From Euprymna scolopes (Eukaryota): 63,869 bases of DNA. Of the stretch, positions 1 through 14,339 are shown piece by piece. The stretch's first letter is position 1. Each line of letters starts with the position of its first letter. The stretch is from NCBI GenBank assembly GCA_053919585.1, contig CM132787.1; one strand, 5' to 3'. The notes under the pieces were generated by a model. That model saw nothing but the letters and a program-made list of their open reading frames with translations, made no database searches and had not been told where the DNA came from. The position numbers and the translations under genes are program-made.

Positions 1-264
1 TTTTCATAATACACACACACCTAGGAGTACTTCAATGCAAATGTAAAAACAATTATAGTTTATTTAAAATAGACAATACAAATCAGTTATAAACATGTGG
101 AAATATTTTCATACAATGTGTTCTAATAACACACACGTTTAATTTACAAAACACGTTTTCGAATATGTATTAATTCTTAGCGGAAATCATAAATGTGAGC
201 CCATGAAAATATATTTGTTTACACAGTTCTACAACAAGTTAATATTTTAAAAATGCCTTAATTA

Positions 265-808
265 TCTATATATTAAAACGAAAGTGTGTGTGTTTTTTTG
301 TGTGTCACGCTTACATCCGGGTCGTTTAATTGTTCTTGTAGTTCTTGTCATAAATTATTTTAACAAGAATTCTTCATAAGTTTTGGTTTCGGTTTCGACG
401 CTAGCTGATGGACTTAAATCATCTATTTTTTTATATTAAATTTTATCAAGACTTCTTTAAAGTTTTGGTTTCGGTTTCGAATATAGCTGATGGCACTTAA
501 GTCATCTATTTTTTAAAGAAATTATTTTATGAAGAATCCTTTACAAGTCTTGATTTTCGTTTACATTATGGCTGAAGGAATTCAAGTTATATTTATATGC
601 ACATGTTTTTTTCCATCAATTTAGATTCAAGTGAATGCACCCGAGTCATATGGATATATTTTGTTTAGTAGTTTTGAACTCTAAACTTTATAACATATAA
701 AAATCGTAAAAACATTAAATTTATAATAATGTATACGAAATCGGCAAGAATTAAAATATCATAGTTAAGCGTACTTTACGAGCGGGCATTGCCGAGCGTT
801 CGTGCCAG
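265..808 (+). mobile_element. Non-autonomous Helitron-like element (family B) with internal ~85-bp tandem repeats
   Basis: 5' A|TCTATATATTAAAACGAAAGTGTGTGTG; 3' GC-rich hairpin (acgagc...gcgttcgt) then CCAG|T; about three diverged ~85-bp units at ~360-600. Confidence 0.6.
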
Positions 809-1027
809 TTTAGATAAATAATTTTGCAGCTTAACAAAGAAACTACAATAATGGCAGTGCTTCTCCATTTACACGGACGATCTACAGAATGCTAACATTA
901 TATATGAATGAGTTCACTGTGGAGTTTCCACAGATCCCGTTTGTACATATATTAATATATAAGTTTAGTTTCTGTGTGTCTATATTCGTGGTTAATATGT
1001 GAAAATTATATATTTTAACTACACATA

Positions 1028-1428
1028 CTAGCATGGATGTCCGGCGTTGCCCACGTATTTGGAGGTGTATGTTGAGCACCCCTCCCAATTAGCGGTCAAT
1101 TTTTTTTTAATTTGAACCCTATTATGGCCTCTTAAAATCTATTGTATTAGGTTCAAATCAAGTTATTAAGTATGATCCATGTCCAAGGAACCCATATACA
1201 AATGTTCAAGTGTTTAGACACAAAATTGTCGTAGTAGTTTGGTAGCGTTCTCAAAAGTAAAATCGTTGAACTTTGACCCCTTAATCCAAAAATTTCGGGC
1301 CGAAAACCGATCACATCGAGTACCCAGTATATCAAATTTCGAGTCTGTGGACTAAAAATGAGAGAGTTGTTGCGTATGGAAATGTACACACACGGACACA
1401 CAGACAGACAGATACACCGGCACGTTCA

Positions 1429-1436
<8 letters not shown>
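1028..1436 (-). mobile_element. Non-autonomous Helitron (family A)
   Basis: Reverse-complement CTAG|T end at 1027-1031 with adjacent hairpin ccggcgttgccc; other end has cacgttcactt plus GACA microsatellite; homologous to copies at 1497, 2597 and 49190-51290. Confidence 0.75.

Positions 1437-1492
<56 letters not shown>
1431..1492. repeat. (TA)n microsatellite (representative of many similar tracts in the window)
   Basis: Pure TA run; similar runs at ~1941, 2560, 3650, 5367, 12182, 19463, 24052, 43829, 63160, 63615 and elsewhere. Confidence 0.99.
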
Positions 1493-1496
<4 letters not shown>

Positions 1497-1497
<1 letters not shown>

Positions 1498-1914
1498 TAG
1501 CATTTCAGCCCGGCGTTGCCGGCTGTTTGGAGGTGTATGTTGAGAATAAAATGAAAAAAAGCGGTCAATTTTTAAAAATTTGTCCCCTATTATCACCCTC
1601 TAAAAATGTATAGTTTTGGGCTCAAACACAGTTATCAAGTTAGATCCATGTCCAAGAAACCTATATCTAAAATTTGAAGAGTTCAAACCAAAATTGTCGG
1701 AGAAGTTTGGTAGAGATCTCAAAGGTCAAATCATTGAACTTTAGCCCCTTTACAGCCAAATTTCTGTCCGAAAACCGATCACATAGACTTTCAAAAATCT
1801 CAGTATCTGTATATCAAATTTCAAGTCTGCAGACTAAACATTGACAGCGTTATCGCATACGGAAATGTACACAGAGATACAGAGGGACAGACACGTTCAC
1901 TTTTATATTTTAGA
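1497..1914 (-). mobile_element. Non-autonomous Helitron (family A)
   Basis: actagcatttcagcccggcgttgccgg at left (3' end); cacgttcacttttatattttaga at right (5' TC on minus strand). Confidence 0.8.
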
Positions 1915-1938
1915 TATATATTCTCATATGTAGACATG

Positions 1939-1982
<44 letters not shown>

Positions 1983-1986
<4 letters not shown>

Positions 1987-2556
1987 AAGTCATGATATAT
2001 GCTACTGGTACCATGTAACCCAGTACTGCCTGCATCATGGTCGGGCCACTGGTAACTAAACTGGTTGCCCCAGCAAACTTGTTTGGTTAGGAGGGTGACT
2101 AGTGTCCCTTAAGGATTAAAAACAAGACATTTAAAAGAGCGAATGGACCCTTTTTCGAGGTCAACGGCCAACTAGAACCTGTGTGTTCGTGTGTATGTAT
2201 GTATGTGTTGGAATTGAGAGGGCTCCCGTAAGTCCTGATGAAATAAACCTTTCTAGGATAAGCAAATCTCTGATTTCAAAAACAGTAAGCGGGAGACTAA
2301 TACCCGCATTAAGCTGAGCTGCAGTTTAACTTGTTGCAGGCTATCTTATTCTTGCTTGTTGCTGGATCTCACATTTTGAACCGAGAGAGAGACTTAGCTG
2401 TCGTACAAAGATAAGCCTCTGTAACATCATCTGTTTACAGATACTTATTCGGGCATCTGTCTATTAAAATTGTCCTTTGGCGATGAAAGTCATTGTTGGA
2501 CTCATGGACTTTAAGTGTCTGAGAGAGTGGCACTCGTCTGACAAGACGTTGCAATA

Positions 2557-2560
<4 letters not shown>
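1983..2560 (+). mobile_element. Candidate solo LTR inserted in (TA)n
   Basis: Block of ~570 bp, GC-richer than its flanks, between TA tracts; starts TGTCA, has TGACA at 2539-2543 and CA at 2559-2560; ATTAAA near 2463. No second copy to confirm. Confidence 0.35.
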
Positions 2561-2596
<36 letters not shown>

Positions 2597-2604
<8 letters not shown>

Positions 2605-3009
2605 TGAACATGTCTTTGTGTATGTGTGTCTTTCTGTGTATCTGTGTACATTTCCCTACGCAATAACTCCGTCAATTTCGCGTCTACAGACTCGAAATTT
2701 GATATACAGGGTACTGAGATTTGGGAAAATTTTGGGATCAGTTTTTGGCCAGGAATTTGACTATTAAGGGGTCACAGTTAAACGATTTGACCTTTGAGAA
2801 CTCTACCAAACTCCGACAATTTTGAGTCGAAACACTTGAATTTTTGTATATAGCTTCCTTGGACAGGGATCTAACTTAATAACTTGATTTGATCCCACAA
2901 CAATAATTGTTAAGGAGTCATAATAGGGGTCAAAGTTTAAAAAAATGAACCTTTTTTTTAATCCGTATACACCTCCAAACACCCGGGCAACGCCGGTCTG
3001 AAATGCTAG
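2597..3009 (+). mobile_element. Non-autonomous Helitron (family A)
   Basis: tataaaagtgaacatgtc...; ends cccgggcaacgccggtctgaaatgCTAG|T (hairpin + CTAG). Confidence 0.8.
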
Positions 3010-3013
3010 TATA

Positions 3014-3646
3014 TCTATAAAAGTGAACGTATCTGTTTGTCTGTCTGTCTATCTGTATGTATGTATGTAGTATGGTTGTGTGTCTGTGCACATTTCTCTA
3101 CTCAATAACTTTCGAATTTTAGTCTACAGACTTGAAATTTGACAGAAAGTGTAATCAGAGATAGGGCAAGCTTTTTAATGGGTTTGGGTCGAAAATTTTT
3201 AGTCACCAAGACATAAACCTATGTATGTACGTATATATGTATGTATGAATGTATGTATGTTTGCACGTCTGCCTAAAAATTTCAACAGCGGCGAGGGATT
3301 TTACTAAGATCAGTACCTTTTTGAGGTCAATCTTCCTGGACAAATATCGAAAATTAGCTAAAATCACTAATATCTTCGCTTTCAACTGTTTTTTTTTTTT
3401 ACAGGGGAGGGGGTCGGTTTTTTCGCCGATATTTTTGAAGGTCATCCTCTACTTTTGATGGTCTAATCTTAATTCAAACATAACTCACTTCTTGTTTGGC
3501 AGCGGCCGTTGCAGCAAATACGTCACGTTTTCCCCCGTTCTTTTACTCCTTCGAGTTACGAGTTTGATTCTGCCTTCCTAATACCACTTTATTTTTTTGC
3601 TCACCATACACATCAAAACATAGTTGGGCAATGCCAGGCGGAAATG

Positions 3647-3650
<4 letters not shown>
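3014..3650 (+). mobile_element. Composite non-autonomous Helitron (family A termini, extra internal modules)
   Basis: A|TCTATAAAAGTGAACGT start; end gggcaatgccaggcggaaatgCTAA|T; internal segments match 50500-50890 in reverse orientation. Confidence 0.7.
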
Positions 3651-3708
<58 letters not shown>

Positions 3709-4334
3709 CATTAATCCAATCATACTTATATTCAAATTATTATCTTTGATTATACCACCTTGTAAGTTCGCATGCCAAAACGATATGTGTGAGTCGTTAC
3801 TTCTCTAAAACATATAAAACGATGTAAGTTTGCTTATACAAATGAAATCGTGACAAATGCAAAGGTCTAGCCTGAGACGTGATCCTCCTTCAAAACTGCA
3901 GTAAATAATAGTTGCATAACAATTCTTACTATTGTGTAGCAGTCCTTTGATAAAATATTCTCCTTTTTTCTGAAGAGAAGTTCAGCTGCATACATCATAT
4001 AAAAGTAGAACCGTTACCCTTTTATGTGTATTATAATTTTGCAGGTGTCATATGAGTGTTTTACGAATACACGTATTGCAAAGTCTCGTTCTCGTTCTTA
4101 ATATCAAAACTATAAGTTTTAAACTCCCTTTTTATTTATATACTTAACTTAGGGAAATACGATCAAAGCAATATGTTACAAGATAACAGTTCTAATCATT
4201 AAAAGCAGAAAATGCCGTACATTTTTTTCTGGTTCCAGGTGATGCTTTATATTCACAGCCGACGCAAACACACATATGCAATAGAAACACACACATACAC
4301 AAATATTTTCGCACTTCACACACACATACACACA

Positions 4335-4373
<39 letters not shown>

Positions 4374-4778
4374 GATAACATATCATGTAAGAGGCAAATA
4401 CATCAGAATCTTCAGTAGTTGTAGCACATCCAAGGCGTAGTTTTGCTTCTTTTGTGAAAAGTAAAGCACATGCGCTTAACTGTAGTCTCTCATGTAATTA
4501 AGGATGATAATAACTCGGGTGACTGAGAAGATTACATTGCTTTCCTATTACCTAATAAAATAATGATAACTAACAACCTGATTTCGCACTCTGTACCAAC
4601 ATTTCATTTGTGTCTCCCTGTAAAGAAATTTAATAATAAATATTTCACATGTTGGAGCAGAGTAAAAAACAAACAAACGTTTTTTCTCTTTGATTTTGAT
4701 TTGCGGAATTATAAATAGGAACAATAGATGTTAAGTTTTTGTATTGGAAGGGAAACATTACAGATCCAGTTGCATTAA

Positions 4779-4828
<50 letters not shown>

Positions 4829-4918
4829 GTCCAATTTATTGATAGCATATTGTATATATATATATATAAATATATATATATATATGTATATTTATACTCC
4901 AATTTATTGATAACATAT

Positions 4919-4960
<42 letters not shown>

Positions 4961-5362
4961 GTGTATATATATATATTTCCAAATTATTTATAAGATATGC
5001 GATGTGGACAGCGCGATAACATCTTGTAATACATACATATTTACTGAGGCAGCTTAATACCTCGTGATGGGAATCTGGCGATAATAACTTTGAGTTGACC
5101 TATTTTAAGGATATGCTATTTAAACACCACATAGACACACAATCTATTCATGTAGTAACACCAATGGCTATGTAATCTCATTATCAAACAAAAAGGATCT
5201 TAGATACATGGCATTGCATACAATTATAGGATTGTTATATTTTGGTTGTCTGTAATGCCTTTTGTTTAAAAAGTCCAACAAATCTTCACTTTATAATCAT
5301 AGCGAAGCCTATGATATGGCATATTTAACACGCACTGAATTATTAATTAAGCTGCCAACCAT

Positions 5363-5427
<65 letters not shown>

Positions 5428-6649
5428 TAATTGCAAAAAAAACTCTATCAATCCCTATCTTATTCTGTATCGGTTCCTTAACATGCATGTGGATCTCATG
5501 AGAAACGATTTTTCCCAGAAATTCCCGCCTGTAGAACTTCGAGTCTTCTTTTCAGCTGACGACAATATTGCCGTCTTTAAGACTAATTAAACAAGTTTTT
5601 GTAAAACCGCCTCATTAAATTATCTTATCCTACCAAATTATCCCTGCTAATTATTACTAAGTTATGGTATAACCACCGTACACCCATTATATCTGTTTTT
5701 CTTGGACTTTTCCCCTAGGTATTTATAAGTGGTGACTTCCCTGTAAAAATGTCTCGGAATATACTTTTCAGTAATTTAGAAATGGTGTGTACCGGGCTCT
5801 TACCGGTTGGATACATACGACATTGAATAAACAATAAATCCCGACAGCAGTTCAAAGGAGTCTATTACTTGGAGTATTAAGCGTAATGTGCTACATTATA
5901 ATTTCTACTTTCGACATGAACATGTGTCGCTAGACTATTATTAAACATATTTTTAATATGAAGCGTAAAGGTTTCATGAAAAACAATTCTCGGGCGGTTA
6001 GAAATTTTCAGACGGGAATAAGGGAAGGAGCAGATTGATCTGTTAATTTTGTGATATGATCATAATTATTATTATTTTATATTGTTATAATTCATCAAAT
6101 CAATAGTCATTATATTCGTAAATCAATGTTCAAATTGACATGACGTCGCGTGACACATTATTGCTTGTCATGTTATTAAAGTTAAAGAATATTGAAATAT
6201 ATGATTTTCTTTTTCTCTGTGAAACGCTATGATCTGACAACTGTCAATCGATTAATGTATTTTTCTCTAAAAAATCAATAATGATGTGCGTTTTTTATAT
6301 ATGTTAATATCGATGCAAATTGTAAATGTTACATATGCAGATGTGTATGAATCTCGATTGTAAATTATATTATCGTTTTATAGTTACAACAATCGTGAAC
6401 TAATATTTAATTTTCCTTGAGTAATTTGTACACATGAGTTATACAAAAACCTACATAACAAAGACGCAATCTTTGTTTCTAAGACTAGAACACTGTTTTC
6501 TATAATCGGTTAAAATATGCCAATCGTTTGCTATATGTGTGTTTACGCTAGAAAAAGTATTAGCTGTACTTTAAACCAGCTATTGAATATATAGATACAT
6601 GCGTAAGTTTACATATATCAAGTCAATGTAGATCAACATTTAAAGTATT

Positions 6650-7100
6650 GTAAAAACTGATTGTGCGTCTAAAAATTAAAACATGTTATAACAAATTGAG
6701 ACTAAAAGATGTCTTTTGATGATGCACCTGATTGAATCACGATATTTCTGAAAAGCCAGTTGCACAGATTATGACTGAATATTAAAATTCTAGAATTATT
6801 ACACTCCAATATTTTCCAGTGCGGTACACAGTTTGCAAGTGGACATGACTTTTTCATAGGCCATGATTCTACGCAAATAATAATATTACAGGGATCGCTA
6901 ATAATATGCATATCCAAACCATGCGATGCCCTTTTTAACGACCATATAAGTTTTGGATAACAGAATCGTGATGTGATTCGGATCATATCAGTAAAAAATG
7001 CCTTACCACAAATTATATTATAAAGAACACTGTGTATTTATTTCAATGTCCGAGATATACAAATGCACGCTGACTAAAAGTAACAAAGCAAACTCTGGCG
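6650..7100 (-). pseudogene. Possible decayed PIF/Harbinger transposase fragment
   Basis: Minus-strand peptides ICGKAFFTD, MHIISD, WPMK, FSHNL...RNIVIQS...KDIF loosely follow Harbinger DDE motif order; heavily degenerate. Confidence 0.3.
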
Positions 7101-7989
7101 ACACATTAACCGACGAGTGTAAACGATGAACGACATTTTAAGAGATTCTTTCTGACCTTACCGAAATCATTACAAGAATAGCGGCGGCCGTTTATGAAGG
7201 ATCTAACTTACTACGTATTCTCAACTGAAGCAGAGACGATATTATTAGCTTCCCCGATGCGATAAGTATTTGCGGTGTTGCTGATATAAGGAACGGTACT
7301 ACACATTTTTATGTTAATTGAGAAATCATAGCGGGAATATAATTCATATATAGTAAGCCTATCTTGATTTGCAATGTAAGTCAGTCCTCCGCTATTTTGC
7401 CAGTGAAAAATAAACCCAATTAGTCAACTTTTTATAATAGCGAAAAACAAACATGAAGAATTTTCTACCTCTACAAAAAAAAAACAAACACTTCCAGTCA
7501 CATATAAACAAAATGGTGTGTGGAAGAGAGGAACATCGATTTTGCAGTGGAGACAAATAAAACGATGTGTCAAAATGTTTATGAAAATAATTATATGCAT
7601 AACCAGCGGCTAAAACACACGCATACGAAAGAACAACATTTATATTATAAGATACGTGTAAACAAAATACAGCTACAGCAACCAGATTAAAATAATTTCG
7701 GAACTTACGTCCAGGAGAGAAATAATTCGCAAAAGGAGTGTAATGCATGTCAAACGTAATGCATAAAATTAGATATGCTTCATGTGGAAAGGACGAAGAT
7801 AAACAATTAAATGGCTGAGAAAAGTATAATTAAGGGTACAATAGAAATACCTCCGACCTCTCAACTATATGTTGTGAATGAACGTATGCAAATGCCACTG
7901 ATGCATTTTCGCTAATAACTTGTCATTTGTCAGGTTTCCTCATGAATCTATATGCTTTGGACTAATACACATCTTACATTTACTGTAGA

Positions 7990-8347
7990 AATGTGTTTTA
8001 AAGAATTGTGAATCTGTAACTGCCACACAGTTTTATCTGATTCCTTCCAAGTTAGGATTGCATGATCGAAAATCAATACAACTATGGGTTGCAAATTACG
8101 GAGCTACAGGTTTGCCAATTAAAGGAACCAGCTAGAAGGCCTCGAATCACCCGAACGCCAGACAGTATTCGACCTGTGAGACGTTCTGTTATTCAGTCCC
8201 CTACATGTTCAACCTGAAAACGTGATTTAGTCAAGAGCCAGTTGTGTTCTACACACTAACATCGAGATTTATCCATACAACTTAACTACACGAGCGCCAC
8301 TAAAAGGATCACTTGTCAAAATGTGGGCGATATTTCTGCCGCACCTT
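7990..8347 (+). mobile_element. Internally deleted Tc1/mariner-superfamily remnant (N-terminal HTH)
   Basis: Peptides DRKSIQLWVANYGATG and RRPRITRTPDSIRPVRRSVIQSP, similar in kind to the N-terminus at 22100-22440. Confidence 0.55.
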
Positions 8348-10285
8348 ATATAAAAGTAAAAATTACAAAAAGGAAAAGGGATACCGATGAAGGAAATGAA
8401 ATGGCAAGAGAGCAATGATATAGAAACAGATGAATGTAATTTCTTTAGAACTGAATAAAATGTTGTGATTTTAATTTTCATTCGTTACTTGACAGAGAAA
8501 ATATATCTAATTTCCAACCCCACTTTCTGTTTGACAGTTAACAATATTCTTTCAGAAAATTCATCTTTTAGTCGGGCTGTCATAGCATAGGCATTTAACA
8601 TTCATAACAGAGTAATTTAATTTTCTTTATTCAACACTTGCTTGGAGTTTTTTTTTTCGTTTAAATACTTTAAAAATAACACATTTTAGATTAATAGTCA
8701 GTACACATAGATTTTACTATATCAATAATAAATTAAAAATTCAGAATACAAATCTTGTACATCCCATTTTTATTGAAAATAAAAACAGTGCAAATAAAAG
8801 CCAGGGAAGTTAAAATTACTGTAACTGTAAACAAACTCATACAACGTAGAATATATGTCTATACAATTATAATTAGATAGATATGTTTAAAACCACGCGT
8901 ACATTTATTGATAATTATATAAAAAAAACATTTAAGTAATGGAAAGTGATTGTATTCTATAGCCTCATATGGGATTTTACAGTGCGGAGTTTTCATAACA
9001 TTGAAACACGTTTTCATAACTCTAGACCACGGCATCGTAAGATAAGTCTTTAATTTGGAAAAATAACCTGTATGCAAGAAAATGTCATTAAATAATAATA
9101 TAAGATTGATATGTAGTTTGCTTGAAGCACTGTGTGGCACAGGTATTTAGTAGAGATTTAGAAGGCTATCACAATTCGAAGCATGAGATATAGTCGGTGT
9201 TGATTCGAGAATACGTAAACAGGTGGTGATTTACAACTCAATAAGTACATATTTATATGTTTATATATACATATATTTATTCAATTGTATTAAGTACAAA
9301 TGACTTACTTGTTATGTCTGTGACAATATCCATGATATCTCGGGAAAATTTCCCCTTTTAAAATGGTGAGCTAAGTTTCTCCAAAGCATGCATGTAGATA
9401 GAGCGAAAAAAGGAAACTGTATTAAATGGCTGTGTGTAGCTTGGCAGAAAATGTAAGGGAGAGTGTATCTGTATAGAGTGCTTTGGGTAATTTACATATC
9501 GTTGTTGTTGTAAGATTTATCTTTTTATTTTATATATATATTGTTCAAAGTGTATAACTTGTTGCTTTTGTATGATCTTTTATTTGTTTTTTACATTCTA
9601 TACCTATTTTTTGTCTGTTTCCTCTTCTCTGCTGCTATGTATAATTCATTTATTTAGTTATTTAGTTATTTATGGAGTTATTTGTTCAGCAGAATGACCT
9701 GATTCATATAGCTCAAGCGAGTCGTTCGCTGGCTTGCATGTGTTAAATATTGAAGCAAAGGAGGGAAGCGGTTGTGAAGGAGGAGGGGGGCCGACGGTTG
9801 GTGTAGAGTGGATGCTCTTGGTCGGCTGTTGGGGTGTTTGGATCAGGATTTACGATTGCCGAGTAAAGGGAGATAGCTTGAAAAGGGGAAGGGGACACTG
9901 GAGTGACTATTCTTTGGACATTTATTATTTTCTTTATTTTATTGAAAATTTAAGTTATTGCAGATAGAGCATTTTTTAATATCCTTTTTAATAAAGCTTT
10001 AATTTTATTTGTTTTATTTATTTATCTATTTATTTATTTATTTACCATTTTTTTATCGGTAAGGACTAGTAGGTTAACGATATTTTTTTTATATATTGAG
10101 TATTCGATATCTAAGGGCTATCGTAATTTAATTTAATTTAATTTAATTTTTTACTGGATTTAAAAAAGGGTGTTCATCATTCTGTCATGAGTTGTTACTT
10201 TATCGCTGTGTTTATGTGCCAGCTTGATATGTTTGCTCATTGATCCTAGGTTCATCGGCTTATTAGGTTCCATTTTCTTTTTTTG

Positions 10286-10333
<48 letters not shown>

Positions 10334-12180
10334 GTGTCATGGGTATGTGTAGTTGTTCTTACGTGTGAGTTTAAGCCGTTGATGGGAGTATCTCTATTAT
10401 CCATTTGATGGTAGCCGCAGTTATGATATGTAGTGTTTTGTTTTAGTTGAATTTTCAATATTTTCTATATTTTCAATATTTTCTATATGTTCTATAATTA
10501 TACATCCCGAATTTACATTACCACCATATAGTAAGTGAACCAATCTTTTTAAGAAAATGCTGAAATAAATAAAATATATAAATCGTATCTGTGTACGATG
10601 AATTCATTTATTATTATTCAGTGACGACACACATACATAGCAACAAGAACTATATCTGCAGGATGGAAATGTCTGCTCTCACGTAGCTGAACCTGATTAA
10701 TAAGATCATTGATGTCAACAACGTTTACCTCGTCTCCATGCAGAGGAAATTGACTAAAATGCTTTGGAAATTAAATTTCGCTAAGGAATATTGCTGGAAT
10801 ATGTCTTTAAGCATTAGGTTCAATCTAATGCACGTTTCATGGTTCTTAAAACGTTGTCATAACTACGATAATAACCAATACACCGGAAGAAACTGGGAAC
10901 AAATCAGTTAAGAGGAACGCATTAAATAGCCGTTAGTTGTTGTAAATCACAACTGCAGTTGCACACGGTTCAAGACAAAATAATAGCTGTTATCGTTTAT
11001 GAGATGCGAAAACTCATTTCGGTAAATAGCTAAAATAAGCTAAAATAGCGATAATGCCGTATTGGAATTTAAGTTTGGCTGTGGGATCCGAAAACAGCAC
11101 AAGAAATTATTATTACCTCACTAAGCTTAAAATACAATTGTATTATAAATTAAATTGCTAATTAATTTTGTTCTTGCTGAACTTCGCTGATACAATAGAA
11201 ATCAAATAACTATAAGCCGTTTCACACATATTTTCGAGTCTAAAAATTTATAAGCATGTCTAAATTAATACAAAACCACTTCTAAAACAGAGTATTACAA
11301 TGAGAGGGTAAGTGGGTAAAAGCTAAAACGAAGTTTCTTTTTTTAAATGCTTATAGACTTGAAGAGAGCGTTAAAAATAATATTTACTAATATAAAGAAA
11401 TTTGTTGGAATATTATTTTGCATTAAATACGATATTAATATATCCATTAAAACTACTTAATTAAGGGTTGGTAAGTATTTTTATCTGGCTTTATTCTGTT
11501 AAAGTAAAGATAAAGTTGTGTGTAGTAGACAAATAACAAATAATAGAACGCCCATGAGGGATGGGTAAGTTTAAGGAAGATGATTCAGACACTCCTAATC
11601 TTTGCCTGAAAAACTATATTTCCTATTATAAACGTGCACACATACTTGCTCATTGACTCATTTCGCTTCCTTAAATACCCTTTAAATTTTAATGCTTTGC
11701 AACTCTCTCTTTCTGCCAAAAATCCTCCGCGGATATAAGTGCTATTTTAATAACTTGTTGTGAACTGATTGTCTACTTGTTTTGTCATTTTCTAACGAGG
11801 TATCATAACCTGGAAGAATACACCTATGGAACCTTAGTTTTTAAAAAAAGAAAACAAATTGTAAACATTAAAGGTAAGCATGCTTACTATATAGATTTTG
11901 ATTGAATTATATAATGTCTATTTTGGTTGTAATTTTAGTCTTTATATAAACGATATGCATTAAGATTATGACTAAACGGATTTACGTTTGTGCTATGAAT
12001 AAATGAGAAAGTAAATCGGAACAACAATACTGTTTCTACTTTTAGTCAATGACGTACGTGCTATAATGTTGAAGCTAAGTGCGTTAGTTGGCAAGGAAAA
12101 AAGATTCTCCATATACACTAAAAGTCCTAAACTATTTGCAGTGTGTATTTGGATCGACATCTAAAGTGGGGAGGCTCGGG

Positions 12181-12232
<52 letters not shown>

Positions 12233-12349
12233 ATAGACAAATTATTTCGCTGTAAACTAACAACCCTTTAGTTCGAAGGCTGCTAATTTACAAGTTGGTA
12301 CATGGGATGTCTGCCCGCAAACCACCATGTCACATATCTACTTTTATTA

Positions 12350-12644
12350 ATATACATGCGGGGGGTACCCAGCCTTGCCCGGATGTTTGGAGGTGTGTGT
12401 GTGTGTATTAAACTGAGGTGTAATAGAAACAAAAAAGAAAATTTTGGTCGGAAGGTCGGATTGAACACCGAAGCCTTGATGCGAAGGTTGAAACGAAAAG
12501 GGAAAAAACCTGTCACATAACCATCTGGGCCACGACGGAGAGGAACTCATAAGGGCGTTATATGAATGTTTATGAATCGAAATAAACAGGTGCGAGGAAG
12601 TCTGATCTAGTTTTGCAAGCGAAATCATACGCGGACGTACACAA
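12350..12644 (-). mobile_element. Helitron family A 3' fragment, cut by assembly gap
   Basis: cccagccttgcccggatgtttggaggtgt plus following module similar to 50460-50575. Confidence 0.55.
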
Positions 12645-12824
12645 NNNNNNNNNNNNNNNNNNNNNNNNNNNNNNNNNNNNNNNNNNNNNNNNNNNNNNNN
12701 NNNNNNNNNNNNNNNNNNNNNNNNNNNNNNNNNNNNNNNNNNNNNNNNNNNNNNNNNNNNNNNNNNNNNNNNNNNNNNNNNNNNNNNNNNNNNNNNNNNN
12801 NNNNNNNNNNNNNNNNNNNNNNNN
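12645..12824. other. Assembly gap (others: 18362-18512, 18715-18865, 19206-19369, 36448-36594, 48883-49189, 51771-51900)
   Basis: N runs. Confidence 1.
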
Positions 12825-14339
12825 ATATATGACGGGAGTAAATTTTCTGTAAATGCAAACAGGGGACTTTATTTTGTAAACGAAATAAAACCGGTAATGG
12901 TTTATGCTGAATTTGTGCTGTTCGCGTTCAATGTGGCGAAGAAATAAAACTTTGTTTGCCTCCGACCTAGCAAGCAAAAGGAGCAACATATATTTATGTT
13001 ATTTTCATCCGTCTGTTTTATGCGCCTTAAATTGGAAGAATTAATGACAAAAACTGGGGAAAATATGTAAAAAGGGTGTTAAAAATCATTTGTAAGTATT
13101 AAGGGCCCAAGAAAACCGGCAATCATCGGTGTCATTCGCAGACTACCGAAAAAAAACCCAAGATAACAAACAAACAAAACGAACTGGAAATAATACAAAT
13201 GGGGGAAAAAGGAAAACACCAAGAAACTTACCGCGTAAAATGCAAAAATATTTAAAGCATTTTAATATTTTTTAAAATGTATTTATTGTCTGTTTGTTTC
13301 TGCAATAAACGCCAATAAGCAAAACAAACTGCAAAATATACAAATGGAAAAAAATGACCGTGTATAAATAAAATGTTTAATATATTTATGTTAATGTTGT
13401 TTTTTTTCTGAAAAAAAAAAATTAACCGTATAATTGTTAGGTTTAAGTCCAACGGTTTGTTATGTGTTTAGTTTTGTTTTCTTTTTTGTATTGTTTTATT
13501 TGTGGCAGCTTGTTACCAATTGGAATGTCGTCTGATTCCATATCCATAGCGCAGTGGTAATTGGGCTAATGAAACTCCCAGAAATCCAATGTATAGAAAT
13601 AAAAAAAATAAATAAGTAAGTAATCCGAAAATAAGAAGTCAGCTCTCCTCCCTACTATAACGTAAAAATCACTGCAAACATAATAGAAGGAAAATACACT
13701 AAATAGAATATTAAATCGAGTAATCGTTTTAACATATGAGGAACGATCGCAGCTGACTTGTAGAGTGTGTTCTAAAATCTGGAATCCAATGTTACTTCGT
13801 TTCGTGTAAGTAACCCATCGACCCCGCGCCCCCTAACCACAAAGGAAAAATGGTTGGGGAGGTAAAATATTAAAATGAAAAGAAATATAAAAGTTGGCAT
13901 AAGTAACCTATAGAATAGCTGTAATCGAAAGTTGCGTTTCACTGGGCGGTAAAATGCCAATATATTGTTTGTAAGCAACTAAGAACTCAAAGCGGTGTTT
14001 CCTCGTAAATTCCCCTGTGGACCTATCATCAACGGTGTTAAGTGTTCGCGGGAGATGTATGAATCTAATAGAGAGAAAAGATTTTACCACTTCCATTAAT
14101 TGTAACAGATTGTGGGCGTAAACTCTCAGCAGAAAAATATAGGGATCTAAAATTATCGAGGAAGTGGATAGGTAATAGGCCTATACCACACCAGAGATAT
14201 CGTGCTGCAGTCAGTACATTATACATTTGCATGACATCTCTGGATTTTAATCCTATTAAGGTCACCTCAGGGTGGGAAAATGAGTTTATGTTATTTATAT
14301 AGAGTAGAGAAGAGATGATTGCCTCTATTTACAGTGCTT

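Noticed and set aside
2234-2285. CTGATGA in the candidate LTR
   Set aside because: No stem II closed by GAAA.
5445-6045. Weak inverted similarity suggesting a MITE
   Set aside because: Only short scattered matches; boundaries not definable.
9690-10490. G-rich and strand-biased block, possibly a retroelement remnant
   Set aside because: No motif I could assign with confidence.
11800-11880. Possible short exon ending AAG|GTAAGC
   Set aside because: Weak acceptor, no recognisable peptide, no partner exons.
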